Under the pieces are notes generated by a model that was not told the origin of the DNA, made no database searches, and worked only from the letters and a program-made list of their open reading frames with translations. A DNA stretch of 57,793 bases, counting the filler, from Sluysia triapertura (Eukaryota), in assembly GCA_046118255.1 (NCBI GenBank). It is 4 parts of 4 records of this genome, joined end to end, with 100 filler letters (N's around TTAATTAATTAA, not from the genome) between each part and the next. Parts side by side here need not be neighbours in the genome. Positions count along the whole stretch, not along the records: positions 43,021 to 57,793 come from JBJNIA010249090.1; 3 more parts are not named here. The stretch is one strand, 5' to 3'. Position 1 is the stretch's first letter; the number at the start of each line of letters is the position of its first letter. The position numbers and the translations under genes were made by a program. Below are positions 48,801-57,793 of the stretch, piece after piece.

Positions 48801-51800
48801 AATCATAATGAATCATATCAATTATCAAAAAGTAAAATTAGTTCTACAAATATAAAAAAGTTTGAGTAACGATAATTATTTGACTTCAATTTTATGGAAG
48901 TGATAATATCTCATCACCAATTGATTTTATCGATAAAACATGTGAACTTAATGAAAACATCAAATGTGAAATCAGTACAAAAAGCAATTTTTATGATATA
49001 TTATACTAATTGTGGTCAGCTTAATTTATTACTCAAAGTCAGCATAATTAATTAGATTACATAATTAATCAAAGTCATTTAATTGTTATTTTAATAATAA
49101 AGGTGTTTGAACATTAACTGTTGTACTCGTTATAAATTCAGTTCCTTTAATTTTCATAGCCAAAATTGATTACGTTTCACCAGGCCTTAAGCCGGCAACG
49201 AATTTTAATTTAAAAATTATTTTTAAAACATTTAATTTGTAGAAACCAAAAGTAATCATAATTTAGACTACCAAATTTTATATATCGATAATAGAAGCAT
49301 TGAACTCTTTCTCGTCTGCTCGAGATTTCTTAATTTCTTTACTACCTCTTTAAATGATTGATTATCTATTAATGTTATCTTTTTTTCGGAATTTTCATTC
49401 TGGTCACTAAACTCTTAAGTGCATATGCAAATTCAACTACTGTTTCAAGTAGTCTTTGTTTTCTAATGCTTAATATTTTGGTAGGTTTTTTTGTGGCAAA
49501 AGAAGAAAGTGCTTATCTTAAACTTAACTTACCATTAAATTGAAATCTTATACTATCATTAACTAGAGGTGTGGCTTCTTGAAGTTGTGCTATAAAACTT
49601 ATATTGTTTTGGGGATGCAAATCGATGATTGTTGAATGTTTTCAATAATTTTAAAATGTTCTAGTAGATTATATTTCCGCTGCTACAGTAAGGTTAAAGA
49701 AGATTTATAACATAAACCTAATTTGCAACTTCTGTAATTGATTTATTTTCTGCTTTGCAAAGAGAATAATATAAATATGATTTTACTTTCAGTCTCCTTT
49801 AAACGAGACCTTCACAAAAATAATAAGTTTACAAATTGATCTTAAAAACCGAAAGTTAAATTGATATAATAAGTTTAACAAATTTAAAACTGTGTAATTT
49901 AAATTAATTTGTCAGCGATTCGAGTTAAAAGGATCGGCAAAAAATATAATTGAATTTTAAAAACTACTGGACTAATTTAGGAATGAATAATTTGTCTGGG
50001 ATCCGAGTTAAAAATGATTGGAAGAAAACTTAGAAAATTCTCTTATTCAAATTACTTCGATTTTTTACTGTTGAATTTATCAAATATGTTTAGAAAGTCA
50101 CAATACCTTTACAATAATTCATTTAAATAAGGATGATAACAATTTACCAAATTATTATTTGATAACATTCCAGAGTGTTGTAATTTTATTGAAATTTTAA
50201 GAAATATGAAATTAAACGGTTTCAAAAAGTTTAAATTATAAAAGTTTAAGTATAATATTATTACATGTGTAAATCGCGAACACTTATATTCTTGTAAACT
50301 AACGTTTATATGATTAAATTTTAAATTAAAATGATTAAATTAAAATTAATATTAATCGCTTGAATAAAAACCACATAATAATTAATTGCTTGAGCCAATA
50401 AATCAGTATTTAAATCGTCAGCTACAGCATTATAAAATTGTTTAAAAACAATCACTGAGAATATGTTAACATACAGTAGTTCTACACTACTATTTATATG
50501 TATTTCGGTAATTGACCTTAAAAGTAAGGTCTTAAAACTAACATTGTATTAAAGGTCATTAATCTTAAAATTTAAAGTGTTTAATATATTATTATTATTG
50601 TGAGAATTTGCATTGAAAAATAATATATTTTAATTTATAAATAAGTGAGCCCTCCATGACACCGGGTTTACACACTCAAGGGCCGATGCATATATTAAGA
50701 GATCTTTCAAATTACATTTAATGTGATTATGATAAACAATTTAGCTTTTATTGGATTTTATTGATTTTATAATTATATAAATTAATAATTGACGAAAGGA
50801 TTACCTTAAGTTTGTCGTAAAAATATAACGTAACACTTGAAAGTTGTAAAATTATATTTACTAACAACTTCTTAACAGAGATATGAATATATTTAATAGA
50901 AAAATTAATAAAATTGTTAAGTATACAAACATAATAATAAAATAAATTGAGTACAACTGTAAATGTTAAATAAATTAAGTTTATAAATTAATTAAACAAC
51001 ATAAACGGTTGTAATGATAAGATAACACAAGTTTATTAATTAATATACAAATATAAGTTTAATATACAAACGTAATCGTTACAAAATCAATTATATAAAT
51101 GTCATATGTTATGAAAATCGTAGTAATTGTTGGAAATTTGAAAAGAAATTTATTAATGACAAAAATAATAATGCTAATATGAATTAATACAATAATAATA
51201 ATTATTATTATTATAATTATAATCATTTTTCTTCATAAAATAAATATAATACTTTAATAATTATAATTATAATTATATTTAAAAATTTTGTATTTACTTT
51301 ACATTATTATTATTATTATACTAAAATTAAATATTTGAAATATTAATTAAAAATTACGACTTAAAATTTTAGTAATCGTCAGTTTATTTTTGAATAATTA
51401 AATTTATAAATGATTTAATCTTTTTGAATAATATATAATTATTCAAATATATAATCAAACATAAAAAGTCACCTAAAAAGATAAAACGTGCACTTGACAT
51501 TTTGAATAATATTTTTAAATGCCATCTTAATCAATTTCCTCAATAAATGCATTGTCGCATTAAGGTCTTTATTGTAATATTAACACTAAGATTTTTATGA
51601 TGATTTTATAACTAGCATAAGCTAACTTAGAAATTATGTAGCAAAAGTTAATCCTACAAGAATAAATTTAGTGGAAATAACAATTTTCCACTATCTTTAA
51701 AAATTTTTAGTCACAGTCTGTCTTTTTCGATTAGCAGAAATCCTCAATAATATTGAAATTAACTATATTTCGTAAACTTGAATCTTGTTAGAATGTATCT

Positions 51801-53299
51801 AACTCGGTTATATTAATAAGCGTTACGTATATACCAAGCTTGCATGTACGTTACTGAAATAAAATTTTTATTCAAATTTTTTTTTATTATTAAAAAATGC
51901 TACTATTAAGTAATAAATTAAAATTCAAAGTTTTCAACGTGACAGAATGTACCTTGACAATATTGCTCCTATCATAATGGCATACAAGTTACTTCCAATA
52001 AAGGTTATTTAAATAAGTTCAAACTGTATATTATATGTAATATAATAAGTGATATTTTAACCTTTTAAAGACGAACGTGTAGTATAAATAAAATCTCGAG
52101 TTATATTCCAATTTAATTATGAGTTTGAAGCGAGTTAAATGTTTAACACGATTTTATTCAAGATTTCATACTCAGTTTTAAACTACAAAACTATTTGAGG
52201 CACGGAATTTTAGAAAATATTTTCATTTTCTTTTCAATTGAACACAGCTTATTTTTATTAATAAAAGAATTACATAAAAGGTTATAATTCAATAAAGCTT
52301 TTTGTTATAGGATGGGATAAATGATAAACAGTTCTAGGAGTAAATTTACTGTATAAAATATTTTTGTTTTTATTATGATGTATGAATTGAAATTACATTT
52401 AACAATTTTATGTTTTAAAACAATACAATTATTTTTGAGATAGTACAAAAAGGGTAAATGATTAAAATAAATAATTGACAAAGTAAATTTATATTTAATA
52501 TTATTTTGTCGAATTTTTCTTTTGAACTTTTTATTTGAGGTTCCTGCAAAAGCAGCATTTGATACTGTGGTGGCCAGCCTTTTCATTGAAAATTTAAAAT
52601 CATTTTTTATCACATTTAATAACATTTTCTCAGACTTGCTAAAACTTTTCAACATATTCAATACTTCTCAAATTCACAATCTTCATCCAAACCATCAATA
52701 TACATTTCAAATTTCATTCAAAACAAATTTAACTCACGATTTTACATCATTCTAATCACACTCTACATCTTAAATTATCACTGAAGACGTTAAAATTAAT
52801 CTAACACATTTCAAGTTCACAATCCTTAACATTCAATCATTAACACCTTCGAAAAACATTATTCTTAATCATTTTTTAACATTTACGTCAATAAAACTCT
52901 ATTTAAGTTAAATTCATTTTCGTAATATGTTAAGAAATAAGAGAAAGAAAAGAAAGATCGTAGAAAGAATTTTAAAGAGTTTATGCACTTTAATCTTAAT
53001 TTTATTTGTACTAATTTTGATTTATCACTAGTTTTATTTTATTCAAGCCATTAATATTATCATTGTCATTCTCCTTATCTTAGTTGCCGTGTAATTTTAA
53101 TTAAAATAACTGTCAATTTATTAAAATTACTCTGATCGTAACACGCCTCAATGACATACATAGTGGGAAATGAATATTGATAATTGGTGGATTAAAAATT
53201 TCTAAATTTAAATGTACCTATTAATAATTTAATATAATGGTTAAAAAACATACTATTGATTATTAGTAATAATTCTGATTTGTATATACATATACAGTC

Positions 53300-54070
53300 A
53301 TGCAGACTCTTATGTCAAAAAAATGTCTACTACCTTGGGATAACGAAGTCTTCATCCAATAACGTTCCAAGAAATAACTTCAGTATCACTCAAGTTCTGC
53401 TTGATAAAATATTAAAAAAAGAATAGAAAATAATCAACATTTTTTTGTTACTGTACGTATGCGAGATAATAGTCGTGTGTTACGTTCTCTAGAACTGCCC
53501 TTTCTTAATAAATTGCCTGCGTTTATTAATTGTACTGTTTAATATTCGCGTGCATTGAAACGAAATTCTTCTAATTTACTACATTTGCTTATTCAAAGAC
53601 GTAAGAAATATAAAAATAAATCCGTTAATTTTGGATACAAAATCTTGGCTTATTGCACTATTAATTTAGCTCAAGTATTACAACGTAAAATTGAAAATAG
53701 AATGTCAGATTTTTGTGAAGAATATTCGGGTAAACATAGTTCTACCGTATAAAAATAATCACTTTTCTCTCTCACCGCGAATAATACCATACTTATTTGG
53801 TTCACGATGAAAACACAATAAATTATCTAATAAAGATTCAGTTTTCTAGACCTAATATATATATTCAATCAACAAGTCACTTGTCGCAAGCTATTATACT
53901 CCTCCCATAATTGCATTTCTTACCGACGTCATTTCTCATCCACAACAATATAATCTATTCCTGTCAGAACAATATCAATACCAATTAAAAATTTTTAGTG
54001 AGTGTCACAATTCAGTATCATCGTGTCGATATTTTCACAATAATCAATAAACAAGTTCTGTTTCTCAAGA
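53300..54070 (+). pseudogene. PACS: PACS (phosphofurin acidic cluster sorting protein) pseudogene
   Basis: TKSSSNNVPR; FFVTVRMRDNSRVLRSLE; TV*YSRALKRNSSNLLHLLIQRRKKYKNKSVNFGYKILAYCTINLAQVLQ (cf. [36 protein letters not shown]). Frameshifts, TAA at 53540-53542, and no introns visible. Confidence 0.85.
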
Positions 54071-54799
54071 CAATTATGTAATACGTATTAACAATTCATT
54101 AGTACCTATATACACTAGTAAAGTTCCTCAGAATAGTACAGTTAGAAAGAATTCGAATGTATATAAAAGCGCTACTGATTACATCTACTCTAGGAACATG
54201 CTGGAAATAAAAGTTACATTATTGTGTTTATTTTTATTTTAGGAATTAACATCCTCTGATAGCGTATTTGTCCTTTAATGCAGACCGCACGTTCTATTAA
54301 TTTTAGTTATTATGAATCGTGTAATTTAAAAACATTCGAAAATAAAATTATATTCGTTTTATTAGTTCTATTGTTCCTAAAAATGTTAAGTGAATGTAAT
54401 TATTTGAAGTTCAACCCATTTGAAACCTTACATCTTCATAATGAAATTTTTGATATAGTTACAATTAATTCAAATATGATAGTAATAATTCTAGGCGAAA
54501 TTAAAGTATTACGAAATATTTTAGTTATAATTAAATATTCAAACTATAATAACAACCCAAAGATAGCATTCTAAATATTTCACAATTTTTATATGTAGAG
54601 ATAATATTAACTTCAAGTGATGATTATATTATGTCGATAATTTCAAATAACGTAAAACAAAATAAATAAATAGAAAAGTATCTAAATCCTAAGAGATGAC
54701 AAATGCATTTGAAGTGTCTCGTTAATGTAGCCATTGATGATGCAATATTTCAACTCACTTGTTTCGGGTTGATTTTCAATTTTACTCTAAATTTACTTA

Positions 54800-54876
<77 letters not shown>
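54800..54876. repeat. (TTA)n microsatellite
   Basis: Direct reading of the sequence. Confidence 0.95.
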
Positions 54877-54881
<5 letters not shown>

Positions 54882-56466
54882 ATGCAATTTAAATAATTTA
54901 GCGGAAAACAAAAACAAAACATTAGAAGATGAAAATAGTAGTTAGTTTTTTCGTATTAATTTTAATTATATGTATAATTATGTTTGTTTCGAATATCAAA
55001 CATAATACATTATTGGACAAAAGCGAGGAATATATTTTTAGGTGCAGAATAATGTTACATTGAAGAAAATATTAAGTACGAATTTCACAAAATTAGTATC
55101 ATAGGTTAAATAAGTTTTGTTATTCAAAATATAAGCATATTACATCTAAGTAATTTAATACTACACCATTACTGTCGTTCATTAAATCAAATCTTAAGCA
55201 AAATTCTACATCATTATGAGTTAACAATCACAATTAGTACTCGGTGAAAAACAAAAGATATAAAAAGCAAATTTTACATAGAACGGAACACAGTAGTACA
55301 TATAGTATTAAAATATAAGTTCATTTGTTTTGAATATATAATGTAGTTGAAATTTCAGTCTGGTTTAGATTTTGCAAAGTGACCAGATTTTTCCACAACC
55401 TTTTAAATATTTCAAGGATTTATTTAGTAGAGAAAGTGCTGCTACTGAATTAGAAGAGCGTTAAACCAAGTATTCCAATTGAAACAGAAATACATTTAGA
55501 AATGAGTAATGATAAAGTGCTATTAGTTTATTTATTTTGGTGAGCCACTAATGAAAAAGAAAAAAAGTAACAAAAAATTCTAATTTTAGTTACATATTTT
55601 AATTTATTAACTTATAATTGGATAATAGAAACCAATGAATCTAACGTGTAGTCATCGATGTATAGGGCTAGACAATACAGGAGCATTACGCTAGTCCGTG
55701 AACATGTTGGGATAAACACAATATATGAAAACCAAATACATATTAAATAGTAAATATGAACAACTAAACTATTCTTTGTATTAAGAAATAAACGAAAGTG
55801 GGTTTTGTGTTTAGGATGTAATAAACAGTGATTTTAGAAGTCACACTTCCTAAAACCGATATTCATTTTAATTTATTTCTTCTAGTTACAGCACTTCTTA
55901 CGTAAGACATACTGTTAATTTATTTTTACATTTTATTATATTATACTTTATTAACTTCTGTAGAATTTGGTGTAAAGATAATAGTGAAGAAAAATATATT
56001 TTTACAAAAGACTATTTCTCAAGAAACTTTTCAAATGACTAATATACACTAAATTTCTTTATTTAACAAATACTAAATAAATGTACATGAAATTATGTCC
56101 AATTTACTATCGTTTTGTTTACGTTAAACCTACTTGAAATGATGTTAGATTAAATTATAATTTAATTCTCTTGAAACACAAATAAGATTTTAGAATCAAT
56201 AAAATAACCGTATTTGATTGAGGGTTTAAATATGCTTAGAAATGTGTTACAATATTATAATTATTTATTTTTTAATATGTTAAAATTTTTGATATTAAAT
56301 TTAAAGTCTAAATTGACCTAATAAAGATAAAAAACCAACAAGAACAAATATAAAATATCAATTTTTGTGTCAGGAGAACAATGCTTCGGTAGGGGGAATT
56401 GATCCAAGGATAATTGTTTTAACTTTCATAATTTCCTTTTAATTAAATTTTACCATAACGATAGCA

Positions 56467-56467
<1 letters not shown>

Positions 56468-56513
<46 letters not shown>
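56468..56513. repeat. (TAA)n microsatellite
   Basis: Direct reading of the sequence. Confidence 0.95.
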
Positions 56514-56515
<2 letters not shown>

Positions 56516-56559
56516 TGAGATTTAATTTGCATGGCATTATATAAACTGGAATTTTATAT

Positions 56560-56880
56560 TGCCTATATAATTATCCAATAGATTTCTTTATCCTATTTTC
56601 TATAATATAGTTTTGTGCTGTATTCTCTTTGTTTCTTCAGTGCACGTGTTTTATAACCAATATACATATCTTATTTGTTCTACAATGTAGTCGGCTACTA
56701 TGGTCTCAATCTTTTTCTCTTTGATACAGTAAAGTTCATTCATTATCTTTTATTATAGTCAGTATTTCTTGCTTACACATTCTTGGTTATAATGGTTTTT
56801 GTTTGATACCGTTTATATGGTGATGTGTTGCCGATATTTATGTAGTTATTACCATTACCAGTTTTAATCTTATGACATTT
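56560..56880 (-). mobile_element. Possible RLE-type (R2/R4/NeSL-like) non-LTR retrotransposon C-terminal remnant
   Basis: PRMCKQEILTI...YQRE...KHV...KEN resembles the CRxCxxxxETIxH...YKxRHD...HxPExVxEN region. Confidence 0.3.
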
Positions 56881-57122
56881 ATTTTCTTGATACAATGCTA
56901 TTTACAAATTATAGTAAACCGAAAATTAATATGTCACATTACAATGGGTAACTTCTATTAAAATATCGAATTTTCCCGTATAAATGTTTAAATATGACGT
57001 GATTTTCAGTTTGCTTTGAATACAGTCATTACTTATTTTAGCTGTGCAAATGCAAAACAGAAATGAATTATTAACTCAAACAATTAGAACAAAACAATAA
57101 TTTGAAATGTTTTTGTATTCAG

Positions 57123-57535
57123 AGAAAAAAGAAGCAATTGAAAGAATGAAAACAAAGATTGTTAATATTGGTCAAAGTAGTAATGCTACGGATTTAAATA
57201 AACTGCAAAATGAAAATAAATCTTTAAAGATGGAGTTGGATCAATATACTATAAAATTGGAGGAATATAAAAAGAATTATTTGTTAATTTTTATTATATA
57301 AATTTATTAATTTATTAAACATCTTCAATTGTTTTTGTGTTTGAAAAAAGTTTCTTTCAGAAAAGCAGCTGAAGATTTGGAAAAAGAAAGAGGACAGAAG
57401 AATAAACTGAAAGCAGATTATGATAGTTTAAGAACACTCATTGAAGAATCCTCTACAGTGCCACAATCACTACCATCTTATGAGGTTTCTTCAGTTTCAT
57501 TATTGTACACTTTTTAGATTAAACTCTCATTATAA
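57123..57535 (+). CDS. Terminal coiled-coil exons (57123-57282, 57361-57484, 57518-57535), CD2AP/SH3KBP1-like C-terminus
   Basis: Phase-compatible introns of 78 and 33 nt give LNKLQNENKSLKMELDQYTIKLEEYKKNYLKAAEDLEKERGQKNKLKADYDSLRTLIEE...LPSYEIKLSL*. Confidence 0.75.
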
Positions 57536-57719
57536 CTACAATTTATTAAAATTATAGTAATAATAGTAGTAATGATAATAATAATATTTGAAAATATAAA
57601 ATGGAAATAACGTTGAAAAATAGATATTGTGCATTTTTTATTGGATGACATTAATTCTTGGGATTGATAATTGAAATGTTTGATTAAAGAAAGTTGCTTT
57701 TAGAAAGTGTAATATGAAG

Positions 57720-57721
<2 letters not shown>

Positions 57722-57793
<72 letters not shown>
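57722..57793. repeat. (TAA)n microsatellite running to the window end
   Basis: Direct reading of the sequence. Confidence 0.95.

Noticed and set aside
34047-53542. Alternative genetic code or recoding (TGA at Trp/Gly and TAA at Gln positions in the Nup96, DAPK and PACS fragments)
   Set aside because: The same fragments also have frameshifts, deletions and lost catalytic motifs. The intact genes have no internal stops and end in TAA or TAG.

Overview
Very AT-rich invertebrate animal genomic DNA. Many GT-AG introns are only 32-40 nt and an innexin fragment is present. This resembles compact parasite genomes such as the orthonectid Intoshia, but the organism is an inference. Three 100-nt artificial joins (N44-TTAATTAATTAA-N44) and one plain N gap break the contiguity. 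Apparently intact host genes: the 3' end of an unidentified + strand gene (to 333), a 7-exon SMPD4/nSMase3 homologue on the - strand (13537-17851), the C-terminal part of a CEP350-like gene on the + strand (21719-28532), and an SH3 exon (32600-32913) plus terminal coiled-coil exons (57123-57535) that may form one CD2AP/SH3KBP1-like gene with about 24 kb of introns. A U1 snRNA gene lies antisense inside a CEP350 intron (23748-23900). The remaining space holds many decayed, apparently intron-poor fragments of unrelated conserved genes: PMCA, innexin joined directly to Nup96, DAPK, PACS and possibly TMC. It also holds TE remnants (two related LTRs, gag/ORF1-like elements, Tc1, hAT ends), an orphan heat-shock promoter (6 nGAAn units + CCAAT + TATA) and many AT microsatellites. 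All homology calls come from manual translation and motif recognition, not from database searches.
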